Source of the DNA: Octopus vulgaris
Lineage: Eukaryota
Assembly (NCBI GenBank): GCA_951406725.2
Contig: OX597835.1
Span: forward strand, 40,486,001-40,550,000
Length of the DNA: 64,000 nt
Reading direction: 5' to 3'
Positions 37,477 through 51,649 of this stretch are shown one piece after another (the stretch's first letter is position 1; the number at the start of each line of letters is the position of its first letter). The translations under genes and the position numbers were made by a program. The notes beneath the pieces are model-generated. The model worked only from the letters and a program-made list of their open reading frames with translations, had not been told where the DNA came from and did not search any database.

Positions 37477-38604
37477 GGCAGTTTGTCTGCGTAACCCTCA
37501 CTCTGACCACGGCTTTCAATCGAAGAAACTTGACACACACATAGCCCAATGTCAAATTCAAAACTACGCGAAAATTTTGACCCCCAGTTCTGAAAAAAAT
37601 CGATAAATTCGCATGGGGTCGAGAATCAGGACGCAACTCCAAATCTCAAAAAAATTTACCATCATTTTTCCCCATTTTTGGTATTCTATGCTTTATAGTT
37701 ATTTCGCTCTACTGCTAGTATATATATAAAGTTAATCCAAACAAGAAAGCACAAAAAACACAATAACACGAGGACGTGAGAAGGAGAAGGAAAGATCCAG
37801 AGAAGGGAAGCCACACACACGCAGTCACATTTTGAATAAAAATAAGTCTGGGCTTACAAAGAATAAGTCCTGGTCGATTTGCACGACTAAAGCAGTGCAG
37901 CATGCCGCAGTCAAATGACTGAAACAAGTAAAAGAGTATATATATATATATGTATGTATATGTTTGTGTGTCTGTGTTTGTCCCTCTAGCATTGCTTGAC
38001 AACCGATGCTGGTGTATTTACGTCTCCATCACTTAGCGGTTCGGCAAAAAAGAACGATAGAATAAGTACTGGGCTTACAAAAGAATAAGTCCCGGGTCGA
38101 TTTGCTCGACTAAAGGCGGTGCTCCAGCATGACCGCAGTCAAATGACTGAAACACAAGTAAAAGAGTAAAGAGTTATCCAATGTGTGAAAATTAGAGAGG
38201 GTTGGCTAGAAAAGCATTAACCAGAGATCTGCTCCACCAGGGCTAGTTTGGAACTAAATAACACCAGTGTCAGAGAGTGAGAGTTAGTTTAATATAGATA
38301 TAAAAAACAAAGGACGTCTATCTGTGTGTGTGTGTGTGTGTATATATGTAGTACATATATGCATTTCTACAGTTTTCAACCGATTTTCAAACTTCACTCA
38401 TGCATCACTTATGTGCCAAGGATGGTCCTGCACATTTTGCCCAGAGCTCCTGCGTAAAGTGAGAAACTGGGGAAAACTGCTTTTTACATGGATTTTTCTC
38501 TAAAAACGTCTGCAGTTTTCAACCAATTCTCTCCCTTTTCTCATTCTATTTCTCTCGCTTACTCATTCTCTCTCACCCTCTCTAATAGTTCCTCTCTTTT
38601 AGTC

Positions 38605-38980
38605 TAATAATAATAATAATGAAATTATTGTATACAGTGCTCAGGTGCACCACAACTTGTCAGAAAGTGCGTATAAAGCGTATGGAGTAATGTACAAATG
38701 TCTGGAAAGCGAACAGTGTATGAATCAGATACATGCTTGCGTGTGTATGGAGGGGAGAAAATCAGGTGTAGTGTTGGCGAATCTCAGGAAGCATGGAAGT
38801 TTTGAAGGATGCAGTGCTCCGACAACTAACAACTGATGCCGGCAGTTTGTTCCATGCTTCAGCAACTCTCAGCGTGAAAAAATGTTTCCTAAAGTCATGG
38901 GAGCTGTGCTGTTTTCTGACTTTGTAAATATGTCCACGGGTGTTAGACAGGTGGAGTTTGAAAAGGTGCTCAGAGAACTC
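38605..38980 (-). mobile_element. CR1/L2-like LINE 3' end with (TTA)n tail
   Basis: Minus strand encodes RKHFFTLRVAEAWNKLPASVV...FK; related copy at about 32480-32930 on +. Confidence 0.6.
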
Positions 38981-39518
38981 ATATACTTCTGTCTACAAAT
39001 CAACTTTCATGTATTTCGATTAGTCATGCGTAAAAGTCTCTTGCTACGGTTTTTGTACGTTCTCCCTGAAAAATAATATATTTTCTATTTTTGTTCACTA
39101 AGTGTTTAAATTTAGTTTTGTCATAATCTGCCTTAAAATTGATTTCAGTCTGTTTCAATCTTGTTTTGTGTGTAAATATATTTGTCTTTACAATATTTGC
39201 AGGTTCTTCATACAATCTACTTATTTTAAATACACTATTTACATTTCTCCCTCTATTGAAAAACATGCATGCGATCGTGCATGTGTGCGTATGACCGCTA
39301 TGGGCCACATACAGCTGATAAGCCTTTATTTCTGACCAATGAAATTTCAACCACACCACTGAGCGGTCATGCATTAGAAAAAACTATCTTAAAGTGACTC
39401 AAGTTTTTTCACTCAAACTATTTTCTTTTAGAGCTTTATACGCTCCAACAGTGAAAGAATAAAAATGTAACAATATTATAGGTTTGGGAATTCATAGGGA
39501 AGAGACAGAGAGACAAAG

Positions 39519-39563
<45 letters not shown>

Positions 39564-39968
39564 CGCAGGAGTGGCTGTGTGGTAAGTAGCTTGCTAACCA
39601 ACCACATGGTTCCGGGTTCAGTCCCACTGCATGGCATCTTGGGCAAGTGTTTTCTGCTATAGCCCCGGGCCGACCAATGCCTTGTGAGTGGATTTGGTAG
39701 ACGGAAACTGAAAGAAGCCTGTCGTATATATGTATATATATATATATGTGTATTTGTATGTGTGTGTGTTTGTGTGTCTGTCCCCCTAGCATTGCTTGAC
39801 AACCGATGCTGGCGTGTTTACGTCCCCGTCACTTAGCGGTTCGGCAAAAGAGACCGATAGAATAAGTACTGGGCTTACAAAGAATAAGTCCCGGGGTTGA
39901 TTTGCTCGACTAAAGGCGGTGCTCCAGCATGGCCGCAGTCAAATGACTGAAACAAGTAAAAGAGTAAA

Positions 39969-40013
<45 letters not shown>

Positions 40014-42401
40014 AGTCAGTATGTTGACAGAACTTACAAACCCTGTTGCATAAAACAGAATATTTGGGCCAGATATGGTCAGTTTAAATGCTAAAGGGTT
40101 AAAGATATGCCTAGAGGGCAATAAACAAGCATATTTTAAAAAGTCCAGTCCACTGCGTGGCACCTTGGGCAAGTGTCTTCTACTATAGCCTCGGGCCAAC
40201 CAAAGCCTTGTGAGTGGATTTGGTAGATGGAAACTGAAAGAAGCCCATCGTGAATATATGTATATATACATGTGTGTGTCTGTGTTTGACCCCCTAACAT
40301 CACTTGACAACCGATGGTGGTGTGTTGTCCCCGTAAATTAGCGGTTCGGCAAAAGAAAACGATAGAATAAGTACTAGGCTTCCAAAGAGTAAGCCCTGGG
40401 GTTGATTTGCTCGACTAAAGGCGGTGCTCCAGCATGGCCGCAGTCAAATGACTGAAACAAGTAAAAGAGTAATAAACTGGTTATATTTCTACGATACACA
40501 AAATGTTAATTTTTTTAATACAATTCCTAATAATATTTTATTATAAAAATAGGATTTTTTTAATAAACTGAATAGTTATTGATAAATAGGAATCAAAGGA
40601 GTCCATAGGCAAAAGAAATGGTTGAGAAACACTGCACTAGAGGCTCCTAATAGGTCCACGTGTTCAGTATGGTGGCCCACCACACAGAGAGGAGTAAACC
40701 CATTAAATTTTCTTGACTCAGAGAGTTGACATTTTACAAATATGGCTGTGACATCATCAGCATAATACTCTTTTACCTATTTCAGTCATTTGACTGCGGC
40801 CATGCTGGAGCACCGCCTTTAATCGAGCAACACGACCCCGGGACTTATTCTTTTGTAAGCCTAGTACTTATTCTATCGGTCTCTTTTGCCGAACCGCTAA
40901 GTAACGGGGAGATAAACACACAGGCATCGGTTGTCAAGCAATGCTAGGGGGACAAACACAGACACACAAACACGTGCATATATATATATATATATACATA
41001 TATACGATGGGCTTCTTTCCAGTTTCCGTCTACCAAATCCACTCACTAGGCTTTGGTCGGCCCGAGGCTATAGTAGAAGACACTTGCCCAAGGTGCCACG
41101 CAGTGGGACTGAACCCGGAACCATGTGGTTGGTAAGCAAGCTACTTACCACACAGCCACTCCTACGCCCACTTTTCCATGTTCAAATGGATTGGATGGAA
41201 TTTTGTTGAAGGTTTTCTACAGCCAAATGCACTTCCTGGCACCCACTCTTACCGGTTTCAAGGCAAAGTAATATTTCCCCATGACCAGACATGTTTTTAT
41301 GGAATACTGACAATGAAGGACACTGCTTGCATGGTGGTGACACTCATTTACAAATATTATGCAATGTCACCCCAAGGAGACAGTAACACACACACACACA
41401 CATGATTGGCTTCTTTCAGTTTCTCTCTACAAATTCACTCACAAGCCTTTGGTCAGCTCAGAGCTATAGTAGAATACTCTCTATATACCCTATTTTATAA
41501 CAGAATTTAACTAGGAAAAAAAAACTAGGCAGCAACTTAGATATGGGGCAAAGCTAAAACTTTGAAGGGAAAAAAAATTTGTACCAAGATTTAACACTAA
41601 ATTTGGGGTGCAATACAAAAACGAGTGGATACAGTATATTACAAAAATAGAATGAAACAAGAATGTCATCTACAAATGGTTAAGTTTCTGAGAAAGAATT
41701 GAAACCTTGTTTGCAAAAGGAGTCTGTTATGGTCGAGGATTTTTGAGGCCAAGAAATGAAAGTGTTATCTTTTAGGATTTAAATTTCAATTTTTTATAGT
41801 TATGGAGGGAAAAAAGTTAAGTTTGCTAGGGTTAGGTCTGAACTGAGAATATTAAGGGACTGCAATCTTCAATGAGAGAGAGAGAAAAGGGACGAAGTTA
41901 AAACTAAATTTGAAACCCTTATAAAATATTTCGTACAGTAAGTGACAAGCCCAAGAAAAATATGTACCCTAAAGATAGATTCAAAGAGCTGACGTTTATG
42001 TTTTACTGAAGTATAATTTTGAAGAAATATGTAAACAGGCCTAAAGTTGTTCATACCAGAAGGAAATTTTAAACTCAAATATTTCACAATTAAGAAATAT
42101 ACATTTTCTAAAAAAACGCAATTAATCGATTTTCTCTAACTTCGCTTTAATTAATCAACATGTAAATATTTGACTGTCACGAGTAAGAATATTTTTAATA
42201 ATTCTGAAATGTGTAGACCCATATAGGTTCTGTATTAATTTAAAAATTAACATGTCGATAAAGAACTTCTAATTTTGTGCAATATGAGGGCTTTAACAGG
42301 TGTGTGAGTGTGTATCCGTTTAGTATTGAGTGTCAGAACAAAGAGTACTCAATACCATAGCAGAGATTTAATAATATATTTTATTTTAGTCGAATCAGTC
42401 T

Positions 42402-42450
42402 CTGGCTACTCTGAGTTTCTCCCTGTGGGTACTGTGTGTCTTCAGGTAAG
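42402..42450 (-). ncRNA. Degenerate hammerhead-like remnant
   Basis: Minus strand CTGAAGA...GAAACTCAGAGTA; stem III of the same ACTC-N-GAGT type as 15084 and 62255; stems I and II decayed. Confidence 0.35.
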
Positions 42451-43443
42451 TTAATACTGCAAGACTAAAATATAATATCAACGTATATATTCTTTCTAAG
42501 TTGATTTACATTCGTTCCGACAAGGAGGAAATGGAATTCTGAGAAGCGACGGACTAATTACCTCTTGCATGAAATACACATTCTGATTGTTTGTATATCC
42601 AAACGTACATGTGTGAGTGTACGGGTTTTAATAAGTAATTGTCTTAGACATTTAAAAACATAGTTATATAAAGCGCAATATATATTTTAGCTGCGGCTCT
42701 TTACGTTCTAAGTTCAAATCCCGCCACTCAGAATGTCAACATAATATATTTATATTAAGACGAATACAAGTACATGCTTTTCGTTCAGGTTTTTTATTCC
42801 AAATAACAAAACCAGTCCTTGTTGCCTATTTTAATATAATCCTGTTCTCATAGGAAAACATGCTAACATTTATGATACAGTTCTTTATATTAATTTCAAA
42901 ATATTCGTTCTACATGAGGAGTTGGCTGTGGCACAATACGTTGTAAAAACACACACACACGAGTTTATAGTATATATGTTGTATATATAGTTTATAGTAT
43001 ATATAGTTTGTAGTATATAAGCTGTGGTGCACCTGAGCACTGTATACAATAATTTCATTATTATTATTATATATAGTTTTCAGTAATAAATTACAATTAT
43101 ACATTCATTTACTAGTGACAACATTCACTACTAATTACTGTGTGTGTGTACGTACGCAGTGGTTGTATGTAAATTAATTAAGGTGTATCAAAACAGTCCG
43201 GAACTTCGAAGTCACTGTCTTCATGTAAAAACAAACTATGTACTCTACAAAGAAGGACTGAGTATGTCTTGGCTTTAATGTTAAATTGTTTTTATTGTAA
43301 TCCAACAGAACGAAAGTCGCAGAAAGGAAGGACCTGGTCGCTGCGACTTCGTATCGAGGTTTTATTCAATAAATATAAACCAACTAATTTGTTTGTTTGT
43401 TTTTTTAATATGAATATATGTACGTAAGCGTGTACGAACTTAC

Positions 43444-43489
43444 TGTCTATTTCTTCGACCAAACTAGCAGTTCCGGGCAGATAAGACAT
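43444..43489 (-). CDS. LSM1: LSM1 exon 1 coding part (ATG at 43489)
   Basis: MSYLPGTASLVEEID(K) followed by gtaagt donor; matches the LSM1 N-terminus MNYMPGTASLIEDIDK. Confidence 0.93.
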
Positions 43490-43680
43490 CTCTAAATAGA
43501 GAAAAGCCGATGATGTCGCCGCGGCTGTTTCTTCAGCCTCCGCCGTCCTCTTCTCCGCAACAACTGAGTCGGTGCCCGGCCCGCGAACGCACCGCCACCT
43601 ACTGACATCTTTCAGAACTAGCATTCTCACAACGTCACACTAATTATCCCCCTTAGACGTTTCCCGTTTCAATTTATAGC
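43490..43680 (-). promoter_or_regulatory. LSM1 5'UTR / promoter, small CpG-rich island
   Basis: Locally GC- and CpG-rich unique sequence (gccgcgg, cccggcccgcg) directly 5' of the LSM1 ATG in an AT-rich background. Confidence 0.55.
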
Positions 43681-44150
43681 TTCTTCTTCTTCTTCTTCTT
43701 TTTCTTCTTCTTCTTCATCCCTCCTCATACGCCTCCTCTTTCCTCATCTCTTTCCTTCTCTCTCTTTCCTCTCTCTCTTCCCTTCTCTCTCTTCCCTTCT
43801 CTCTTTCCTCCTCTCTCTTCCCTTTTCTCTCTCCTCTCTCTCTTCCCTCCTCTCTCTTCCCTTCTCTCTCTCTTCCCTTCTCTCTCTTCCCTTCTCTCTC
43901 TCCACTTCTCTCTCTCTTCCCTTCTCTCTCTTCCCTTCTCTCTCTCCACTTCTCTCTCTCTTCCCTTCTCTCTCTCCACTTCTCTCTCTCTTCCCTTCTC
44001 TCTCCACTTCCCTTCTCTCTTCCCTTCTCTCTCTCCACTTCTCTCTCTCTTCCCTTCTCTCTCTCCACTTCTCTCTCTCCACTTCTCTCTCTCTTCCCTT
44101 CTCTTTCTTCCCTCCTCTCTCTTCCCTTCTCTCTCTCCTCTCTCCCTCCT
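43680..44150. repeat. Polypyrimidine/polypurine tract (CT-rich, 14-16-bp quasi-units)
   Basis: About 470 nt of almost only C/T on +; units cttctctctctcttcc and cttctctctctcca. Confidence 0.95.
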
Positions 44151-44403
44151 TTTGCCATTGCTGCTGTTGAATTTTATTACTGCAGTTATTGTGCATTTTT
44201 AGCCCTAGGTCAGACCTGTTCAACAGACTGATGATCGATAGTGTTACCCCAATTATTATTATTATCATTCGTAGTAGTAGTAGTAGCAGCAGTAGTAGTA
44301 GTAGTAGTAGTGGTAGTGGTGGTGGTGGTGGTGGTAGTAGTAGTAGTAGTTTGATCTGAGGAAGAAGAAAAGATGCCTTTAGTATTTTGTTAGAGAAGAG
44401 AGG

Positions 44404-44435
<32 letters not shown>

Positions 44436-45472
44436 AAGAGAGGGAGAGAGAGAGGGATGACAGAAGGTTCTGCCTGGAACTTTTAGTCCTCTCTTCATCA
44501 TGTTGGTATGATGTACACATTGAATAATGTACATAAAAGTACATTATTTAATATATTCTTTTTCAAAACAGTAGAATGTGATATAAAGGAAATTTTGGCT
44601 GAGAGTTTCCGGCAGATTCCGTGTCTCCATAAAGGCTCCCCATTGGCTCCAGTAACGAATGCAGTACAGTGTGTAAAGAAGGAATGTAATAGTGCATAGC
44701 AGTGTAGCATAACAGAGTGTTTTGTAGTGTAGTTATGATGTAGTGTATTGTAATATGTCATGAATTGTAGTGTTGTGTAGAATAATATGTAGCATAGTGT
44801 GTAGTCTAATGAATTATGGTTTAAAGAAGTGTAATGTGGTAGAGTGAAGTAAGGTAGTAAGATGGCAGAATCATTAGCACACTTAGCAGTATTTCATTCA
44901 TCTTTACTTTCTGTGTTCAAATTCTGTCAAGGTCGACTTATTTCATTAACCCTTTTGGGTTTAATGAAATAAATATCAGTTGAGCACTCCTCTGAAATTG
45001 CTGGCCTTGTGCCAAAATTTGAAACCAGTATTGTACTGTGAAGTCTTGTGTACTGAAGTATAATATAATGTACCAAAGTCCAAGGAAATTTAGTGTAGTG
45101 CAGTGGCTCTTAACCTTATTTTCTTTTTCTTTTTGCAGTGCCCCTTTTTAACCCTTTTGATACCAACCCGGCTGAAACCGGCTCTGGCTCTCATTACAAA
45201 TGTCTTGTTTTCATAAGTTTTGAATTAAAATCTTCTACCAAACCTTAGTCACAATTTATACTCGTTTACTCTTTTACTCATTTCAGTCATTTGACTGCGG
45301 TCATGCTGGAGCAAATCGACCCCAGGACTTATTCTTTGTAAGCCTAGTACTTATTCTATCGGTCTCTTTTGCCGAACTGCTAAGTAATGGGGACGTAAAC
45401 ATACCAGCATCGCTTGTCAAGCGATGTTGGGGGGACAAACAAAGACACACATACACACACATATATATATAC

Positions 45473-45520
<48 letters not shown>

Positions 45521-47243
45521 GACAGGCTTCTTTCAGTTTCCGTCTACCAAATCCACTCACAAGGCTTTGCTCGGCCCGAGGCTATAGTAGAAGACACTTT
45601 CCCAAGGTGCCACGAAGTGGGACTGAACCCAAAACTGTGTGGTTGGTAAGCAAGCTACTTACCACGCAGCCACTCCTAATTATGTTCCTAATGATAACTA
45701 ATTTATGTTCCTTAATGATAACCAAGTTATTTTACTAAATTCTTTGTTATATTTAAATTTAATTTAAAGACACACAGAGCATCTCAAAATAAATACGGTA
45801 ACGAAAGGGTTAGGTAGTAGTTATGCCTATCAGTCACGTAAATGGCTGGTGAGATATCACGACTAAACTAACTTAACAGGGATGATAAGTTCTAAAAATT
45901 ACTCAAATGGAGATCACAATATATGAAGAAAACGAGCAAGACTGCATGGCTAAAAGTTACCATTCAAGACAGACAACATTAAAAATGAATCATTCTTGTT
46001 CAAACACGTCTTTAGCCACGATATATACTTAATGACCATTACTAGTTTTATCATGTATAATATAATTACTACTATAAGTAAAATTTAGTATGTTAATTAT
46101 GCTACCTCACTCCCACCACCAACCCCTAAAGTCTAATGTCCCCTTTGACATGCCCAGTGCCACCAATTTTGACATGGCAGTACCACCAATTTTGAGAACT
46201 TTTGATGTTGTTTAATAGTGATTTAGTGTAATGTGAAATATGACTGTTTAGTTAAGAAGCTTGCTTCCCAACCATGTGTTTTGGTGTTTAGTCCCACTAG
46301 ATGGTACCTTAGGTATGTGTCTTCTACTATAATCCTTGGGCCGACCAAAGACCTTTGAGTGGATTTGGTAAACAGAAACTGAAAGAAGCCTGTTGTGTAT
46401 CATTATCATTATCGTTTTAGCATTCACTTTTCCATGTCTGCAAGGATAGAATGGAATTTATTGCTGTGCATTTTCTACGGCCAGAAACCCTTCCTGTCAC
46501 CAACCCTCACCTGTTTCCAAGTAAGGTAATATTTCCCTATGACCTGACATGTTTTTATGGAAGATTGGAAACAAAGGATATTGCTAGCATGACAATGATA
46601 CTGCAATCAGGCAATGATTTGCAAAATTGTTAGATTGTCAAATTAGATATAATATAATTTGTGCAGGTGGCACGTAAAAAACACCCACTACACTCGCGGA
46701 GTGGTTGGCGTTAGGAAGGGCATCCAGCCGTAGAAACACTGCCAGATCTGACTGGGCCTGACGAAGCCTTCCAGCTTCACAGACCCCAGTTGACCCGTCC
46801 AACCCATGCTAGCATGGAAAACGGACGCTAAACGATGATGATGATGATGATGATAATAACAATTTTGGTTCTCTGCATTATGAGCTTATATTGTGTCCTG
46901 GTGCGAGTAGCCAAAATTAATCACCCCACTATAGTAATAACCAATCCAACATGCAATTAACAGATAGGGCCATAAACCCAAATAGATCAGCAGGAAACAG
47001 CATGTTTAGGTTTCCATTGTATATGAACAGAAACATCATCTCCACAAGATAAATCAGTCACTTATCCCTAGCAGGATAGGTCGCCCTGCTAACGTTACTC
47101 AACAACTCGCAGCTCTTCCTTCACTTCCTTCATCAGAGAGCTTGTGGGTTGGGCAAGTGTCTTCTTTGGTTGGGTATTGGTCGGTCCTGGATTGATCGAT
47201 GTCTTGTGAGTGAATTTGGTGGACTGAAACTGTGTGGAAGCCC

Positions 47244-47284
<41 letters not shown>

Positions 47285-48435
47285 AGTTTGCTTAGGCATA
47301 GCAATACTAATAGCCTGGTGAAATTCATAATTGTGAAATTCATAATTCTTTGTCATTCTGATCTCCAATATACAATTCGAGATCTGAAATTTTTAGCAGG
47401 TGTAGACACATGGATAAATTTCTTTTATTGAATTGGAGGGCACCACCTGCTCCAGACTGAGTTGGTGCCTTGCAGACTTTGACAAATTCTCTGTTATTTT
47501 CTTCTAAACCAGTTGTATTTAATGAGCTTTCTGCAATCAGGGAGGACAAGGATCTTAGTTCTTGATTTCGTTTCTTTTTTCTCGTTCCATTTTTTGCACC
47601 AACCTTCTTCACGTATTTTCCATGTTTTTTTCTTATTTTCTTACTGGCCAGCATCCTTGTCTTTTAAAAATATATTTATAACACATAAACAGAGCCTGAG
47701 AGACTGCATTAAGATACATGGTGTATTATATAAATATGCCTGTTCAAGTATCATAATAGCATGAAACTATTGGTAGCTTTTTCGGTTGTGTATTTAATTT
47801 GATATTTGATATCTATTATATAAAATTCGTTCTGTCTGTCTGTGTGTGTCTTCTAGGATCTAGGGCATCCTCCATCCGATTGTGCTCAAATTTGATATGT
47901 AGATACTGATGGTATCAGGGCATGTATAAGTCTTGAAAAAATTACAAAAATCGATTCCTGGTGAGAATGCGATCAATAAAGCCGCGGGAACGTGCATTTG
48001 TATGTGCAAGTGCATCAGCTGTTGCGATCGATACTACACATACGCGAGAAAAGTGCATGTGCAGTTTGCGCCAAAAAAGCTGGCTGGCTTGAAATAATGC
48101 CACAAAATGGGACGGTTGAACATGTTGTTTGGAGAAAATTTAGTTTAAATGTTTGACAACTTAGCACCATCCATTGGATGGGAGGGGGGGCATTTTGCTC
48201 GCATATATATATACTCTTTTTACTCTTTACTCTTTTACTTGTTTCAGTCATTTGACTGCGGCCATGCTGGAGCACCGCCTTTTAGTCGATCAAATCTACC
48301 CCGGGACTTATTCTTTGTAAGCCCAGTACTTATTCTATCGGTCTCTTTTGCCGAACCGCTAAGTGACGGGGACGTAAACACACCAGCATCGGTTGTCAAG
48401 CAATGCTAGGGGGACAAACACAGACACACAAGCGC

Positions 48436-48468
<33 letters not shown>

Positions 48469-49065
48469 CGACAGGCTTCTTTCAGTTTCCGTCTACCAAA
48501 TCCACTCACAAGGCATTGGTCGGCCCGGGGCTATAGCAGAAGACACTTGCCCAAGGTGCCACGCAGTGGGACTGAACCCGCAACCATGTGGTTGGTTAGC
48601 AAGCTACTTACCACACAGCCACTCCTGATATATATATCATGGTATTGACCAGCCTATTGGATGTTGTTATACACCACTGGTCACAATGCGCTTCCTCACA
48701 TTGTTGTAGCCTTCAAATGATTCCACTCCACTGGTTAAGTGGGTAGGCCAACATTCCTTCTGAATGGGACTCCAGTCCATTCCAGCATCATCCATTTACC
48801 GTGCAGTGGACTGGAACCGCATGAAATGAAGTGTTTTGTTCAAGAACTCAATGCATCACCCAGACCAGGAATTGAAACCAGAATCTTACAATTTATGTGT
48901 ACAACACCCTAACTACTGGGCCACATGCCTTCACACACACACACACACACACACATACCAAGCTTTACATACACACACACACACGTATGAGTGTATTTGT
49001 GTGTGTGTGTACATGTGTGTGTGTGTGTACATGTGTGTGTGTGTGTACATGTGTGTGTGTGTGTG

Positions 49066-49103
<38 letters not shown>

Positions 49104-49842
49104 GCCTGGTACTTATTTTATTAGTCTCTACTGTTGAACAGCTAAGTAAAGGCAGATGTCAACAAACCAACAGCAGAAGTCAAGCAGTGGAGGGAGACAA
49201 GCAGACACATATACATATTCACACACACACGCGCACACATACACACACGCATGCACACACACACACAAATTCACACATACGCACGCGCGTGTGTGTGTGG
49301 GTGTGTGCGCACATGTGTGTGTGTGTATGTATATGTATATGTGTTTGCTTGTCTCCCTTCACTGCTTGACTTCTGCTGTTGGTCTGTTCACATCTCCCCT
49401 TACTTAGCTGTTCAACAGAAGAGATCAATAAAATAAATACCAGTCTTTACAAAAAAAAAACAAACAAAAAAACCTAAATACAGGTGTTGAATTGTTTGAC
49501 TAAACTAGCAGTTTCAAAACAGGGTCCATACGATCCTTGGTGGTGGGAGGTCCACATAATATTTTGTTATTAAAATTTACCTGCATTAAACTGGTCATAT
49601 TTCTACAACACAAAATATTTTAACAATATTTATACAACTCCCTAATAATATTTAATCATAAAAATATAAAAGGCATAGGAGTGGCTGTGATGGTAAGTAT
49701 TTTGCTTACCAACCACATGGTTCCGGGTTCAGTCCCACTGTGTGACACCTTGGGCAAGTGTCTTCTACTATAGCCTCGGGCCGACCAAGGCCTTGTGAGT
49801 GGTTTGGTAGATGGAAACTGAAAGAACCCCTTCATATATATG

Positions 49843-49891
<49 letters not shown>

Positions 49892-50284
49892 TTATGTGTC
49901 TGTGTTCATCACCCCAACATCGCTTGACAACCGATGCTGGTATGTTTACGTCCCCGTAACTTAGCGGTTCGGCAAACGAGACCGATAGAATAAGTACTAG
50001 GCTTACAAAGAATAAAGTCCTGGGGTCGATTTGCTCGACTAAAAAGGCGGTGCTCCAGCATGGCCGCAGTCAAATGACTGAAACAAGTAAAAGAGTAGAA
50101 CAGTAAACGTTGATTAGCTCTCAGGGACCCTCTCCCCTGTGTAAAATAGGAATCAAAGGGGCCCATAGGCCAAAAATGGTTAAGAAGCGCTCGACTAAGC
50201 CCTTCAGGGCAATGCACCATTCTGGTGCCAGACCAACGGCAGAAACCAGCGAAAGAGAAAGTAGAAGAGTATTTATGGAGTCGT

Positions 50285-50291
50285 TCTTTCT

Positions 50292-50326
<35 letters not shown>

Positions 50327-51005
50327 ATTATTTTCTCTTTCTTTTTCTCTTCATACTCCCCCCTCTCTCTCTCTCTCTCTGTTTGTCTTTCACTCCTTCT
50401 CTTTCTCTCTCTCTATCTCTATCTGTCTTTTGCTCTCTGTCCCATTTATGCTCCTGTGCATGTTCTTCCTTTCAACTCTCCCCTCTCTCTTTATTTTTCT
50501 TTCTTTCTCTCTTTCTCCTCTTCTCCCACCACCACTTCTTCCTCCTCTTCACCACTACCACCACCACTGACACTACCGCCACCACTGCTGCTGATACCAC
50601 CACCACCACCACCACCACCACCACCACCACCACCATCCACATCATCATCATCATCATCATCCACATCATCATCATCATACCACCACCACCACCACCACCA
50701 CCACCACCACCACCACCATCATCACCACCAACACCATCACCACCAACACCATCACCATCATCACCATCGCCACCACCAACACCACCACCATCACCATCAT
50801 CACCATCACCACCATCATCATCACCACCACCGTCATCATCATTTCCTTTTCTCTTCCTTTCTGCATCGGTTTTCCTTATCTCCTTACTCTCCTCTGTCAC
50901 TCAGTTTTTCTCCTTCCTCTTTTCTTTCCATTTCCTTTCTTCCCTGTCTCCCTCTTTCCCCCTCTCTCCCTCTCTCTCTCCCTCTCTCTCCCTCTCTCTC
51001 TCTCA
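50285..51005. repeat. Compound (CT)n / (CAC)n / (CAT)n low-complexity block
   Basis: Direct inspection. Confidence 0.9.
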
Positions 51006-51044
51006 CCAAACAAACAAACAAAGCCGCCTTCAACTTCCAACTTG

Positions 51045-51306
51045 TAATCTGCCACACAACAGATTAAGTAGGTGCAAGGGATTAACAGCCACAGATTAAT
51101 CCCTAATCTCCTTACAGCAGATTCTCAATGAATTGATAAATCATAAATAAGAAACAAACCAAGGAATCACATGACTTGTTAAGCCAACAGAATCAATATC
51201 AGCTTTCTGCGGCAAAAATTCATTGATATTTTGAGAGTTTACAGAGGAAAATGATTTTTCTCGTCTCTTTTTACTGTTACTGAATTACCATTCTATTTGG
51301 GTGAGT
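51045..51306 (+). promoter_or_regulatory. Candidate promoter and non-coding first exon of the P450 gene
   Basis: Island of unique sequence with six TAATCC/TAATCT-type sites (51045-51109) and a strong donor TGG|GTGAGT at 51300/51301. Confidence 0.35.
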
Positions 51307-51596
51307 AAGATTGCATTTTCCTCCTTTTTTTAACTCATATATTCTATCTTTCATCATTTACTTGTTTCAATCATTGAACTGCAGTCATGGTGGGGCACGG
51401 CCCCCCTTGAAGGGTTTTAGTCAAACAAATTCAACCCCAGTGAGTCCCTTTTTTTAATTTTATATCTGGTTCTTCAGTGGGGGTTTTTTTTTAAAGCCTT
51501 GTCCTTATTCTATCAGTCTCTTTTGCCAAACTGCTAGGTTACAGGGATTTGTGTCTGTAAGGTACTGACATAAAAACACACACACAGACACACATC

Positions 51597-51649
<53 letters not shown>

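Noticed and set aside
43490-43630. N-terminal extension of LSM1 suggested by the ORF track
   Set aside because: It starts at a non-ATG codon, and homology begins at the ATG at 43489.
43715-44544. Long Glu/Arg-rich ORFs on minus
   Set aside because: Translation of a CT/GA low-complexity tract; no domain or splice support.
47100-47141. Possible hammerhead on minus (GCTCT-CTGATGA...AGAGC)
   Set aside because: No GAAA, stem II or stem III can be drawn; likely chance or too decayed.
50110-51099. 329-aa and 280-aa poly-Pro/His/Thr ORFs
   Set aside because: Stop-free microsatellite translation that is open in several frames and on both strands.
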